A stretch of 64,000 nucleotides of DNA from Phaeacidiphilus oryzae TH49 (GCF_000744815.1 NZ_JQMQ01000005.1:4729801-4793800); one strand, 5' to 3'; shown: positions 1 through 10,112, counted from the stretch's first letter. Notes: generated by a model not told the origin, from the letters alone. Translations and numbers: made by a program.

Positions 1-48
1 CGTTCCGAACTCAGCCCCGAGGACCGGGCCCTGCCCTTCCCGGGGCTG

Positions 49-1212
49 GTGGTCTGGCTCCGGAAGCGGCCGTTGGTGCGCTGGGCCTGGGTGTCCTTCT
101 GGTTCCTGGGACTGCTGTCCGGGGTTCGCCCGCTATGGCAGCCCGGGCAGTCGAGAGGCACGGCCGTGCTGGTCACGGCGGGGGCCGCGGTGTTCATCGC
201 GGCCGCTGTCTGCGCCTTCGCCTTCGTCACCTACCAGCGGCCGGTACGGCAGCGGCTGGTCCCGCTGGTCGCCGCCGGCGTGCTGGCCTTCCTCTACAAC
301 GGGTGGCTGGGCAGCGACTGGACGCCGATGTTCATCTACCTGGTGGTCGTCTCGGCGATGACGCTGCCGCTGCGGGCCGCGCTGGCCACCAACATGGCGA
401 TCGTCGCCGCCGCGTTCCTGCTGGAGGTGGCGATCGGCGAACCCGTCAAGCACTACGGATGGGTCCTGGTGAGCTCCGCCCTCAGCGGACTGCTCTGCGC
501 GTACGCCGCCGAGCGCGGGCGGATCAAGGAGCGGCTGCAGCGCGGGGAGAAGGCCATGGCGCAGCTCGCGGTGAACGAGGAGCGGGTGCGGTTCGCCCGC
601 GACCTCCACGACCTGCTGGGGCATTCGCTGTCGCTGCTCTCCCTCAAGGCGCAGCTGGCCGGCCGGCTGGTGCACGCCGATCCGGACGCCTGCGCCAAGC
701 AGATCGCCGAGATGGAGGAGATCAGCCGGCAGGCGCTGGCCGAGGTCCGGGACTCGGTCACCGGCTACCGCCGGCCGACCATCGCGGTCGAACTCGCCCG
801 CGCCCACACGACGTTGACCTCGGCCGGGATCGATCCGCTGATCGACCCCCAGGCGACGGACCGGGCGCGGGACCTCTCCTCCGGACGCGAGGCGGCGCTG
901 GCGTGGGCGCTGCGGGAGTCGGTGACCAACGTGGTACGGCATGCCGCCGGGGCCCGGAGCTGCCGGATCCGGCTGGAGCGGGCGGGGGCGGGCGGCTTCG
1001 TGCTGACCGTCCAGGACGACGCGCCGGCCGCGGAGGCGGGGGCGCATACGGCGGGCAACGGGCTCACCGGGCTGGGCGAGCGGCTGGCGCTTGAGGGCGG
1101 CCGCCTGGAGGCCGCGCCGACCGGCTCCGGCTTCCGCGTCCGGGCGTTCGTCCCCGCGGCGGACCCGGAGGAGCCGGGGCCGACGCAAAAGATCCCGGCC
1201 GCGGCCGGCTAG
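49..1212 (+). CDS. Two-component sensor histidine kinase, HisKA_3/NarX-DesK type; the frame is open to the window edge, so it may be 5'-truncated
   Basis: Translation contains RFARDLHDLLGHSLSLLSLKAQLA (HisKA_3 H-box) and a C-terminal HATPase_c region (ESVTNVVRHA...GNGLTGLGERL), with several N-terminal transmembrane segments. GTG start at 49, but no stop lies between position 1 and 49 in this frame. Confidence 0.8.
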   Translation: MVWLRKRPLVRWAWVSFWFLGLLSGVRPLWQPGQSRGTAVLVTAGAAVFIAAAVCAFAFVTYQRPVRQRLVPLVAAGVLAFLYNGWLGSDWTPMFIYLVVVSAMTLPLRAALATNMAIVAAAFLLEVAIGEPVKHYGWVLVSSALSGLLCAYAAERGRIKERLQRGEKAMAQLAVNEERVRFARDLHDLLGHSLSLLSLKAQLAGRLVHADPDACAKQIAEMEEISRQALAEVRDSVTGYRRPTIAVELARAHTTLTSAGIDPLIDPQATDRARDLSSGREAALAWALRESVTNVVRHAAGARSCRIRLERAGAGGFVLTVQDDAPAAEAGAHTAGNGLTGLGERLALEGGRLEAAPTGSGFRVRAFVPAADPEEPGPTQKIPAAAG

Positions 1213-1317
1213 CGGCGGCCCAGCGGAGATCGGCGCCTCCGGCACGAGGTACGGACGGCCTGGACGGCTCAGGAAGGCTTTCCCTGCCGAGGAGCGCAGA
1301 ACGACCCGCGCCGCGGC

Positions 1318-2097
1318 TCAGACCCGCTCGACCAGGTCCGCGATGGAGTCGACGACCTTGGAGGGGCGGAAGGGGTAGGCGTCGATGTCCGCGTCCGAGG
1401 TGAGGCCGGTGCGGACCAGGTAGGTGGTCATCCCGGCCTCCAGGCCGGCCAGCACGTCGGTGTCCATCCGGTCGCCGATCATCGCGCTGGTCTCCGAGTG
1501 GGCGCCGATCTTGTTCAGCCCGGCCCGCATCATCAGCGGGTTCGGCTTGCCCACGAAGTACGGCTTCTTGCCGGTCGCCGCCGTGATCAGGGCCGCCGCG
1601 GAGCCGGTCGCCGGCAGCGCGCCCTCTAGGCTGGGCCCGGTCACGTCCGGGTTGGTGGCGATGAACCGGGCGCCCTTGTTGATCAGGCGGACGGCCTTGG
1701 TCATGGCCTCGAAGGAGTAGGTGCGGGTCTCGCCGAGCACCACGAAGTCCGGCACCGCGTCGGTCAGCACGTACCCGACGTCGTGCAGCGCCGTGGTCAG
1801 CCCGGCCTCGCCGATGACGTACGCGCTGCCGCTGGGCCGCTGGTCCGCCAGGAACTGGGCGGTGGCCAGCGCGGAGGTCCAGATGTTCTCCTCGGGCACC
1901 ACGAGGCCCATCCGGGACAGCCGCGCGTGGAGGTCGCGCGCGGTGTAGATGGAGTTGTTGGTGAGCACCAGGAAGGGCTTGCCGGAGGCGCGCAGCTTGT
2001 TGATGAAGTCCTCGGCGCCCGGGATCGGCACCCCTTCGTGGATCAGCACGCCGTCCATGTCGGTCAGCCACGAATCGATGGGCTTCCGCTCGGTCAC
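1318..2097 (-). CDS. HAD-IIA family hydrolase (NagD-like sugar phosphatase)
   Basis: WLTDMDGVL motif (HAD motif I DxDG), then FLVLTNNS, KPNP and GDRMDTDV (motifs II-IV). ORF is open to 2499, but GGGGAG lies 6 nt before the GTG at 2097; an alternative ATG is at 2148. Confidence 0.75.
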   Translation of the reverse strand: MTERKPIDSWLTDMDGVLIHEGVPIPGAEDFINKLRASGKPFLVLTNNSIYTARDLHARLSRMGLVVPEENIWTSALATAQFLADQRPSGSAYVIGEAGLTTALHDVGYVLTDAVPDFVVLGETRTYSFEAMTKAVRLINKGARFIATNPDVTGPSLEGALPATGSAAALITAATGKKPYFVGKPNPLMMRAGLNKIGAHSETSAMIGDRMDTDVLAGLEAGMTTYLVRTGLTSDADIDAYPFRPSKVVDSIADLVERV

Positions 2098-2272
2098 GAC
2101 GTACTCCCCTGTCTGAGTGCTCACCCGGTACCCGGCACGGCCGATCATGCCACACGCCGCGCGGCGCGGCGGTGGTGCGTACGGCGTACGCGCGGCGGTA
2201 GGGTGGGGGCGGGGTGCGCCGGCCGAAAGCTCGGGCCGGCGGCCTGAGCGGAGCCGACCTGGAGGTGCTGAC

Positions 2273-3079
2273 GTGCGCGAGCCGTCGTCCCACTCGGAGG
2301 ACCGAGTGCGGCAGCGGTCGCGTCCACCCGTCTGGGCCAGGCCGGAACGGGCGCGTGGACGCGGGCGTGCCGCCCGTGGCCCGCAGCCCTCGCTGACCGT
2401 CGAGGCCATCGTCGAGGCGTCGATCGCCATCGCGGACGCCGAGGGCGTGGACGCGGTGTCGATGCGCCGGATCGCCGCCAGCCTGGGCGCCGGCACCATG
2501 TCGCTCTACCGCTACGTCTCCACCAAGGACGACCTCCTCGACCTGATGGCCGATCAGATCGCGGGCGACTGCGGCCCGTCGGAGCCGCCCGAGCCCGGCG
2601 CCGACTGGCGCGCGGGGCTGCGCGCGGACGCCGTCCGGACCCGCGAGGTGCTCCTCGCCCACCCCTGGGCCGGTCCGCTGCTGGCCGGCCGCCCGCCGCT
2701 GGGGCCCAAGTCGCTGCGTCGGCACGAGTACCTGCTGCGTCTGCTGGATGGCCGCGGCCTGGGGATCGACGAGATGGCGGCCACCGTCGGCATCGTCACC
2801 GGCTACGTCCGCGGCGTGCTGCTGCGCGAGCTCGCCGAGCGCGCGGTCGCCTGCCGCACCGGCCTGGACGAGGACGAGTGGCGGGCCTACGTCGGCCCGT
2901 ACGTCCGCGACCTGATGGCGGACGGCGACTTCCCGCTGATGGAGCGGTTCATGGTGGAGGCCGACGACCACCCGGACCCGGACGCCTCCTTCCTCTCCGG
3001 TCTGGAGACCGTCCTGGACGGCATCGCCGTCCGGCTCAGGGACGCGGCCGGACCTCCCCGGGGCTCCGCCGACCGCTGA
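2273..3079 (+). CDS. TetR/AcrR family transcriptional regulator
   Basis: N-terminal HTH reads LTVEAIVEASIAIADAEGVDAVSMRRIAASLGAGTMSLYRYVSTKDDLL, followed by a TetR C-terminal-like domain. GGAGG precedes the GTG at 2273. Divergent from the HAD gene. Confidence 0.75.
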   Translation: MREPSSHSEDRVRQRSRPPVWARPERARGRGRAARGPQPSLTVEAIVEASIAIADAEGVDAVSMRRIAASLGAGTMSLYRYVSTKDDLLDLMADQIAGDCGPSEPPEPGADWRAGLRADAVRTREVLLAHPWAGPLLAGRPPLGPKSLRRHEYLLRLLDGRGLGIDEMAATVGIVTGYVRGVLLRELAERAVACRTGLDEDEWRAYVGPYVRDLMADGDFPLMERFMVEADDHPDPDASFLSGLETVLDGIAVRLRDAAGPPRGSADR

Positions 3080-3145
3080 GCCGGGCCGGCTCCGTCGCCG
3101 CCTGCGCCTCCGCCCCTGGCCGCCGGCCCGCACCCGCCGCCCCGC

Positions 3146-4237
3146 CTACCCGCGCGCCGCGGCCAGCTCCGCGCTCAGCACGGCCACCAACTCGGCCGCC
3201 GGCAGCGGCCGTACCCGGTCCTGTCCGGTGCCGGCCCACAGCGCCATCGCGCCCGGGTCGCCGGCCGCCGCGGCGGCGCGCCGCAGGCCGGAGGTGAGGT
3301 GGTGGACCCGCGGGTAGCAGTCGCGCGGAGCCGTCGGCTGGTGCTCGGCGATGAAGCGGTTGGCGATGCCGCGCGCCGGGCGGCCGGAGAAGGCGGTGGT
3401 GACGGTGGTGGTCGCGGCGGGATCGCCGAGCGCCGCCTTGTGCAGCGGATGCGCTCCCGACTCCGGGGCGGCCAGGAAGGCCGTGCCGAGCTGGGCCGCG
3501 TCCGCCCCGGCGGCCAGCGCGGCGGCGACGTCCGCGCCGTCGGCCAGCCCCCCGGCCGCGAGGACGGCGGGCCGCACGCCCTCCGCGGCCACCGACTCGC
3601 CGACCTCGCCGAGCAGCCCGAGCAGCGAGGGCTCCGGCCGGCCGGCCCCGGCGGCGGTGAACGACCCGCGGTGCCCGCCCGCCTCCGGCCCCTGCACGAC
3701 CAGGATGTCCGCCCCGGCGCGGACCGCCTCCAGCGCCTCCTCCGCCGAGGTCACGGTGACCGCGACCTCGCTGCCGGCGGACTGCAGCAGCACCAGGTCG
3801 TCCGGGTCGGGGCAGCCGAAGGTGAAGCCGACCACCGGGACGGCCAGTTCGGCCAGCAGGTCCAGCTTCGCCCGGTAGTGGTCGTCGTCCCAGCCGGCCG
3901 CCGCCGGCAGTTCGACGCCGTAGCGTTTCGCCTCCCCGGCGCGCTCCAGCTCCGCGCGGTATCCGGCGGCCACCCCGGCCGCGCCCGCCGGATCGGGGCC
4001 GGGGCAGAAGACGTTGATCCCGAACGGTTCGCCGGTCAGCTCGCGGGTGCGGGCGATCTGCCGGCGCACCTCCTCCGGAGTGCGGTAGCCGGCGGCCAGG
4101 AACCCGAGGCCGCCCGCACAGGACACAGCGGCGGCCAGCTCCGGGGTGGAACCCCCGCCCGCCATCGGCGCCTGCACGATCGGCTGCCGGAGCTCGGCGA
4201 TCAGGGACGGCGCGGGCTCGGGGAAGTGCGCGGTCAC
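3146..4237 (-). CDS. Nitronate monooxygenase (NMO / 2-nitropropane dioxygenase family, FMN-dependent)
   Basis: Motifs QAPMAGG, FGINVF and ILVVQGPEAGGHRG are typical of the NMO TIM-barrel. GGAGG lies 9 nt upstream of the GTG start at 4237. Confidence 0.85.
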   Translation of the reverse strand: MTAHFPEPAPSLIAELRQPIVQAPMAGGGSTPELAAAVSCAGGLGFLAAGYRTPEEVRRQIARTRELTGEPFGINVFCPGPDPAGAAGVAAGYRAELERAGEAKRYGVELPAAAGWDDDHYRAKLDLLAELAVPVVGFTFGCPDPDDLVLLQSAGSEVAVTVTSAEEALEAVRAGADILVVQGPEAGGHRGSFTAAGAGRPEPSLLGLLGEVGESVAAEGVRPAVLAAGGLADGADVAAALAAGADAAQLGTAFLAAPESGAHPLHKAALGDPAATTTVTTAFSGRPARGIANRFIAEHQPTAPRDCYPRVHHLTSGLRRAAAAAGDPGAMALWAGTGQDRVRPLPAAELVAVLSAELAAARG

Positions 4238-4357
4238 GGGGGTGGACCTCCGTAGGCTTCGGCATCGCGTACCGGACCGACGCTACCCGCCGGCCGGGTC
4301 CGGCCTGTCAGTGGGCGCGGCTACGGTGTTCCCAGCGGATGACGGAGGAGAGGCGCG

Positions 4358-5071
4358 GTGTCGGAGACAGCAGTGCAGCAGGATGCCCAAGAGGCGGACG
4401 TGCTGGGAGAGTTCGAACTTCCGGAGAGCTGGCGGCGGGTGCTGGAGGCGGAGACGGAGGAGCCGTACTTCCACCGCCTGGCCGAGTACGTCGCGGCCGA
4501 GCGCGCGGCCCACCAGGTCTTCCCGCCGGCCGGCGAGGTCTTCGCGGCGCTGGCGGCGACGCCGTACGAGAAGGTGCGGGTGGTCGTCCTCGGCCAGGAC
4601 CCGTACCACGACGACGGGCAGGCGCACGGCATGTGCTTCTCCGTCCGGCCGGGCACCAGGATCCCGCCCTCCCTGCGCAACATCTACAAGGAGCTGAACA
4701 CCGACCTCGGCCTGCCGGTCCCGGCCACCGGGTATCTGATGCCCTGGGCCGAGCGCGGGGTGCTGCTCCTCAACACCGTCCTCACCGTGCGGGCGCACGA
4801 GGCCGCCTCGCACAAGGGCCAGGGCTGGGAGCGGTTCACCGACGCGGTGATCCGCGCCGTGAGCGCCCGCGAGACTCCGGCGGTGTTCGTCCTCTGGGGC
4901 AACCACGCGAAGAAGAAGCTGCCGCTGATCGACACCGACCGGCACGCGGTGGTGCAGGGGGCGCACCCCTCGCCGCTCTCCGCCAAGAAGTTCCTCGGCA
5001 GCCGCCCGTTCTCGCAGATCGACGAGGCCCTGGAACGCCTGGGCCAGCCGCCGATGGACTGGACGCTGTAG
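4358..5071 (+). CDS. ung: Uracil-DNA glycosylase, family 1
   Basis: Conserved VVVLGQDPYH water-activating loop, FTDAVI and the HPSPLS leucine loop. RBS GGAGGAGAGG precedes the GTG start. Confidence 0.9.
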   Translation: MSETAVQQDAQEADVLGEFELPESWRRVLEAETEEPYFHRLAEYVAAERAAHQVFPPAGEVFAALAATPYEKVRVVVLGQDPYHDDGQAHGMCFSVRPGTRIPPSLRNIYKELNTDLGLPVPATGYLMPWAERGVLLLNTVLTVRAHEAASHKGQGWERFTDAVIRAVSARETPAVFVLWGNHAKKKLPLIDTDRHAVVQGAHPSPLSAKKFLGSRPFSQIDEALERLGQPPMDWTL

Positions 5072-5114
5072 GCAGGGGCGCGGCGCCGCGGGCGGCGCGC
5101 TGCCCCCTGCGGGG

Positions 5115-5774
5115 TCAGACCCGCTCGCCCGCGCCCGCGCGGTCGCCGGAGGGCTCGCGCCGGGGCGCGGGAACGGCCGCCGCGCGGGCGCGCCGCCGCC
5201 CGCGGCGGACCCCCGAGGCCACCAGCCCGCTCACGCCGAACGCGGCCACGCAGGAGACCAGGAAGCTGAGCCAGCCGACGTCCAGCCACCGCTCGTCGAC
5301 CCAGCTCAGGCCGACCATGTAGACCGCCCACACCAGCGCGCTCAGTGCGCTCCAGTGGAGGAACCGCCGCATCGGCACCGGCGAGGTGCCGACCGCGAGG
5401 TCGAGGACGGTCCGCCCGCCCGGCACGAAACGCGCCGTGATCACCGTCCGGGCCGGCTTGGTGCGGATGGTCTCCAGCACATACCCGGTCGCCTCGGCCC
5501 ACTTCGGCTTGCGGGCCAGTCGCCGCTGGGCCCAGCCCGCGCCCCGGCGCGCGCACTGCAGCAGCACCAGGTCGCCGGCGAAGGAGGCCGCCGCGACCAG
5601 CAGTACCAGGGGAAGCGGGGAGTGGTGGTCCTCGGTGCTCTGCATGCCCGCGGCGATCACCACGGAGCCGCTCGGCACGAAGGGCAGGAAGCCGTCGGAG
5701 AGAACGGCGAGCACGGCGCCGAGCGCCAGCCAGGAGATTCCGGAAGGCTCAAGGAGCGCGGTCCAAGCGCTCAT
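5115..5774 (-). CDS. DedA/SNARE-associated (VTT domain) family membrane protein
   Basis: Multi-pass membrane protein with the ARFVPGGRTV-type DedA signature. GGAAGGA RBS precedes the ATG at 5774. Confidence 0.8.
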   Translation of the reverse strand: MSAWTALLEPSGISWLALGAVLAVLSDGFLPFVPSGSVVIAAGMQSTEDHHSPLPLVLLVAAASFAGDLVLLQCARRGAGWAQRRLARKPKWAEATGYVLETIRTKPARTVITARFVPGGRTVLDLAVGTSPVPMRRFLHWSALSALVWAVYMVGLSWVDERWLDVGWLSFLVSCVAAFGVSGLVASGVRRGRRRARAAAVPAPRREPSGDRAGAGERV

Positions 5775-5949
5775 AGCGTTCCGTCCTTCCGGGTTCCGTC
5801 GACTCGGCTAATGATCACACCAATCGGCGGCGTCCGCCCCGTTCCGGAGGCGTGATTCTTACCTCACCCCTGGGTGTTCCCCCCGCGAATCCGCCCCTAC
5901 GGTGTGCCGTTGAAGGCTTCCCCGCCCGCCGGGAGATATCAATCGGTAG

Positions 5950-6579
5950 GTGTCCGTGATCAGCCTGAACAGTACCTTCATCATGTTCCTGGCCGTCGTC
6001 GGCCCGCCCAAGGTGCTGCTGGCCTACGCCCAGGTGGCCGCCCGGATGACGGTGCGGGAGGCGCATCGGACGGCCGCGGCCGCCTCCGGGGTGGCCGCGG
6101 TCCTGGGCGTCGCCGAGGCGTACACCGCCCACTATGTGACGGACTTCTTCCACATCACCGACCAGTCGCTCGAACTGGCCGGCGGGGTGATCTTCTTCGT
6201 GTACGCGATGGGCCTGGTGCTGGGGCTGCACCTGGGCGGGCCGAGCGAGACCGAGTTCGAGGCCGACCACCCGGTCACCAGCGGCTTCCGCGCGCTGCTG
6301 CTGCCGTACGTGGTCAGCCCGCTGGGTGTGACCGCGATCCTGGTGGAGTCGCTGAGCCGGCACGACTGGAGCTGGCGGACCGAGGTGGCCGCCGGCTTCG
6401 TCTCGGTGGTGGCCATCGACCTGATCTGCATGGTGCTGCTGACCCGGTTGTTCAAGCGGACCCACCACACCACCCTGGAGGTGCTGTCCCGGCTGCTCGG
6501 CCTGCTGCTCGCCGCGGTCGGCGTCGAGCTCTTCCTCCAGGGGCTGAAGGAGCTCGGCGTCCACCTGCCCGTGCACTGA
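5950..6579 (+). CDS. MarC family integral membrane protein (UPF0056)
   Basis: About 209 aa with six predicted transmembrane segments and the typical MarC N-terminus (FLAVVGPPKVLLAY). High-GC codon usage. Confidence 0.8.
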   Translation: MSVISLNSTFIMFLAVVGPPKVLLAYAQVAARMTVREAHRTAAAASGVAAVLGVAEAYTAHYVTDFFHITDQSLELAGGVIFFVYAMGLVLGLHLGGPSETEFEADHPVTSGFRALLLPYVVSPLGVTAILVESLSRHDWSWRTEVAAGFVSVVAIDLICMVLLTRLFKRTHHTTLEVLSRLLGLLLAAVGVELFLQGLKELGVHLPVH

Positions 6580-6735
6580 GCCCTGGTCCCTGCGCCCCGC
6601 GCTCTGCGCCCTGCGCACCCTGTCAAGACCGCGTAAATCGGCGGCCGGACCGCGCAAGGAAAGCGTTAACGCCGAAGCTCCGGGCTCCGGCGTGGGGTTG
6701 TCTGACGGGGAAGCAGGCGAGAGAGGGCAGCCAGC

Positions 6736-9423
6736 GTGTCCCAGCAGTACGACACCGCCGCCGGCCGGCCGGCCTCCGGGCCGCCGGGACGGGGCAGGCT
6801 CAAGGTCTTCCTGGGCGCGGCGCCCGGGGTCGGCAAGACGTACCGGATGCTGGACGAGGCGCACCGGCGCCTGGAGCGCGGCACCGACGTGGTGGTGGCG
6901 TACGCCGAGTGCCATCACCGCCGCCGCACCGAGGACCGGCTGCACGGCCTGGAGGTGGTCCCGCGGCTGCACCGCGACTACCGCGGGTCCGCGTTCACCG
7001 AGCTCGACGTGGACGCGGTGCTGGCCCGCCGCCCCGAGGTCGCGCTGGTCGACGAGCTCCCGCACACCAACGTCCCCGGCGGGCGGAACGCCAAGCGCTG
7101 GGAGGACGTCGAGGAGCTGCTGGCCGCCGGCATCGACGTGCTGACCACCGTCAACGTCCAGCACCTCGAGTCGCTGAACGACGTGGTGGAGAAGATCACC
7201 GGCGTTCCGCAGCGGGAGACCATCCCGGACGAGGTGGTCCGCCGGGCGGACCAGATCGAGCTGGTCGACATGGCCCCCGAGGGCCTGCGCCGGCGGATGG
7301 CGCACGGCAACGTCTACGCCGCGGAGAAGGTGGACGCCGCGCTCTCCAACTACTTCCGGGTCGGCAACCTCACCGCGCTGCGCGAACTGGCGCTGCTCTG
7401 GCTGGCCGGACGGGTCGACGAGGGGCTCCAGCGGTACAAGGCGGAGCACCGGATCGGCAAGGTCTGGGAGACCAGGGAGCGGGTCGTGGTCGCCCTCACC
7501 GGTGGGCCGGAGGGCGGGACGCTGATCCGCCGCGCCGCCCGGATCGCCGACCGGGCCGGCGGCGGCGAGCTGCTGGCCGTGCACGTGGCGCGGAGCGACG
7601 GGCTCGCGGACGCCTCGCCGGCGGCGCTGGCCGAGCAGCGGCGACTGGTGGAGAGCCTGGGCGGGACGTACCACTCGGTGGTGGGCGACGACATCCCCGT
7701 CGCGCTCCTCGACTTCGCGCGCGGGGAGAACGCCACCCAGCTGGTGCTGGGCACCAGCCGGCGCGGGCGGGTGCTGCGCTCGCTCACCGGGCGGGGGATC
7801 GGCGAGACCACCACGGAGCTCTCCGGGGACATCGACGTCCACATGGTCACCCACGAGCGGTCCGGGCGGGGCCGACGGCTGCCGGTGCCGGACCGGCTGC
7901 ACTCGCCCGCGCGCCGGGCGGCCGGGGCGGCGGCGGGGCTGCTGACGCCGGTCGTGCTGACGGTGGCCCTCACCCAGACCCGGGCGCCGGTCAACCCGCT
8001 GAGCGACGCGCTGATCTTCCTCCTCGGCGTGGTGGCGGTGGCCACCCTGGGCGGCGTCACCTCCGCCCTGCTGGCCTCGGTCGTCGCCTCGACGCTGCTC
8101 AACTTCTACTTCATCCCGCCGATCCACTCGCTGACCATCGGCTCGCCCAACAACATCATCGCGCTGGGGGTGTTCGCGGTGGTCGGCGTGGTCGTGGCGC
8201 TGATCGTCGACCGGGCGACCCGGCTCTCCCGCCGGGCGGCCAGGGCGACCGCCGAGGCCGAGACCCTCTCCGCCCTCACCGGCTCGGTCCTCGGCGGCGA
8301 CCAGGCCGTCCCCGCCCTGCTGGCCCGCCTCCGCGAGACCTTCGGCATGCAGTCGGTGGAACTCCGGCACCGCGACGGCCCCGCCGCCATCGGTCCCGCC
8401 GCTGGTCCCGCCGCCATCGGTCCCGCCCCCGAGCCGCTGCCGCCGCCCCCCTCCGGCGCGCCCGCTGCGGAGTCCGGGGCGGAGGCCGTCGAGGAGGTGC
8501 AGATCGGGGGAGGGGAGACGCTGATCCTCCGGGGGCGGCCGCTGCCGGCCGCGGATCGGCGGGTGCTGGCGGCCTTCGCCGCGCATGTCGCCGCCGCGCT
8601 GGAGCGCGACCGGCTGGCCACCGTCGCCGCCGAGGTGGAGCCGGTGCGCGCCGCGGACCGGCTGCGTACCGCGCTGCTCGCGGCGGTCAGCCACGATCTC
8701 CGCACCCCGCTGGCGGTGGCTCTCGCCTCGGTCTCCTCGCTCCGCTCCGAGGACGTCGAGTTCTCCACCGAGGACCAGGACGAGCTGCTCTCCACCGCCC
8801 AGCTCTCGCTGGAGAAGCTGACCAGACTGGTGGAGAACCTGCTGGACATGAGCCGGCTGCAGGCCGGCGCGCTCACCCTGCACCTCCAGCCGGTCGGTGT
8901 GGACGAGGTCCTCGCCGCCGCCCGCGACTCGCTCACCGGCGGTCCGGAGAGCGCCGCGGGCCCGGTGCTGGCCCAGGGCCTGGCCGAGGCCCCGGAGGTG
9001 CTGGCGGACCCGCCGCTGCTGGAACGGGTGCTGGCCAACCTGTGCGCCAACGGCCTCCGCCACACTCCGGCCGGGGTGCCGGTGGTGGTCACCGCCAGCA
9101 CCCTCGGCGACCGGGTCGAGCTGCGGGTGATCGACCGCGGCCCGGGCCTGCCCGAGGCCGACCGGGACCGGGTCTTCCAGCCCTTCCAGCGCCTCGGCGA
9201 CACCGACAACGGCAGCGGCGTGGGCCTCGGCCTCGCCCTCTCCCGCGGGCTCGCGGAGGCGATGGGCGGCAGCCTCGAACCGGAGGACACCCCCGGTGGC
9301 GGCCTCACCATGGTCCTCTCGCTGCCCGCCGCGCCGGTCGGCGGCACCGGTGCGGCCGACGACGGCACGTCCGGCCGCGCCGCCGGCTCCGGCGCCGGCG
9401 CGGAAGTCGGGACCGGCCGATGA
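6736..9423 (+). CDS. kdpD: Osmosensitive K+ channel sensor histidine kinase KdpD
   Basis: N-terminal KdpD domain with Walker A (LKVFLGAAPGVGKTYRML), a Usp-like region, four transmembrane segments, GAF-like linker, HisKA H-box (AVSHDLRTPL) and HATPase_c (GVGLGLALSRGLAEAMGG). Strong RBS precedes the GTG. Confidence 0.9.
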   Translation: MSQQYDTAAGRPASGPPGRGRLKVFLGAAPGVGKTYRMLDEAHRRLERGTDVVVAYAECHHRRRTEDRLHGLEVVPRLHRDYRGSAFTELDVDAVLARRPEVALVDELPHTNVPGGRNAKRWEDVEELLAAGIDVLTTVNVQHLESLNDVVEKITGVPQRETIPDEVVRRADQIELVDMAPEGLRRRMAHGNVYAAEKVDAALSNYFRVGNLTALRELALLWLAGRVDEGLQRYKAEHRIGKVWETRERVVVALTGGPEGGTLIRRAARIADRAGGGELLAVHVARSDGLADASPAALAEQRRLVESLGGTYHSVVGDDIPVALLDFARGENATQLVLGTSRRGRVLRSLTGRGIGETTTELSGDIDVHMVTHERSGRGRRLPVPDRLHSPARRAAGAAAGLLTPVVLTVALTQTRAPVNPLSDALIFLLGVVAVATLGGVTSALLASVVASTLLNFYFIPPIHSLTIGSPNNIIALGVFAVVGVVVALIVDRATRLSRRAARATAEAETLSALTGSVLGGDQAVPALLARLRETFGMQSVELRHRDGPAAIGPAAGPAAIGPAPEPLPPPPSGAPAAESGAEAVEEVQIGGGETLILRGRPLPAADRRVLAAFAAHVAAALERDRLATVAAEVEPVRAADRLRTALLAAVSHDLRTPLAVALASVSSLRSEDVEFSTEDQDELLSTAQLSLEKLTRLVENLLDMSRLQAGALTLHLQPVGVDEVLAAARDSLTGGPESAAGPVLAQGLAEAPEVLADPPLLERVLANLCANGLRHTPAGVPVVVTASTLGDRVELRVIDRGPGLPEADRDRVFQPFQRLGDTDNGSGVGLGLALSRGLAEAMGGSLEPEDTPGGGLTMVLSLPAAPVGGTGAADDGTSGRAAGSGAGAEVGTGR

Positions 9424-10112
9424 CCCGGGTCCTGATCGTCGACGACGAGCCCCAGATGCTGCGCGCCCTCCGGATCAACCTGAAGGCGCGCCGGTACGCG
9501 GTGGCCACCGCCGCGGACGGCTCCGCCGCGCTGCGGTCGGCGGCCCGGCAGCCGCCGGAGGCGGTGATACTCGACCTCGGTCTGCCGGACCTGGACGGCG
9601 TGGAGGTGATCCACGGGCTCCGGGTCCGGAGCGCCGCCCCGATCATCGTCCTGTCCGGTCGCTCGGGCGCGGCGGAGAAGGTCGCCGCGCTGGACGCGGG
9701 CGCCGACGACTACGTCACCAAGCCGTTCTCGATGAGCGAGCTGATGGCGCGGCTGCGCGCGGTGCTGCGCCGGCCGGCCCCGGAGGCCGGCGCGGTGACC
9801 GCGGTGGTCGGCGACCACGTGGTGGACCTGGCGAGCTGCACCGTCCGCAGCCTTCCGGGCGCCACCGCCGGCGACCGGCCGGTGCGGCTGACGCCGACCG
9901 AGTGGCACCTGGTCTCCGTCCTCCTCCGCAACCCCGGCCGACTGGTGACCAGCCGTCAGCTGCTGGACGAGGTGTGGGGACCAGGGCACGAGGAGAAGAC
10001 CAACTACCTCCGGGTCTACATGGCCGGGCTCCGCCGCAAGCTCGAACCGGACGCGGCCAGCCCCCGTCACTTCATCACCGAGCCGGGCATGGGCTACCGC
10101 TACGCACCGTGA
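9420..10112 (+). CDS. kdpE: OmpR-family response regulator KdpE
   Basis: ATGA start/stop overlap with kdpD. Receiver domain (LIVDDEPQMLRAL...DLGLPDLDG) plus winged-helix trans_reg_C (LTPTEWHLVSVLLRNPGRLVT...YRY). Confidence 0.9.
   Translation: MTRVLIVDDEPQMLRALRINLKARRYAVATAADGSAALRSAARQPPEAVILDLGLPDLDGVEVIHGLRVRSAAPIIVLSGRSGAAEKVAALDAGADDYVTKPFSMSELMARLRAVLRRPAPEAGAVTAVVGDHVVDLASCTVRSLPGATAGDRPVRLTPTEWHLVSVLLRNPGRLVTSRQLLDEVWGPGHEEKTNYLRVYMAGLRRKLEPDAASPRHFITEPGMGYRYAP

Noticed and set aside
1318-2499. 393-aa HAD ORF with a long N-terminal extension
   Set aside because: The extension overlaps the divergent TetR gene and is low-complexity. A GGGGAG RBS sits before the GTG at 2097, giving a typical HAD protein of about 260 aa.
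8380-8430. 24-bp direct repeat inside kdpD (GPAAIGPAAGPAAIGPA)
   Set aside because: In-frame duplication in a linker between the transmembrane and kinase regions; likely a harmless low-complexity expansion rather than a feature of its own.
5815-9063. 1082-aa minus-strand ORF antisense to kdpD
   Set aside because: Antisense open frame of a high-GC gene; the translation is Arg/Gly/Pro-rich with no motifs.
5874-10112. 1412-aa plus-strand ORF spanning the MarC, kdpD and kdpE region
   Set aside because: Low-complexity Arg/Gly/Pro translation typical of an unconstrained frame in 72% GC DNA; only its last 230 codons (kdpE) are a real gene. kdpD lies in a different frame with clear domain content.
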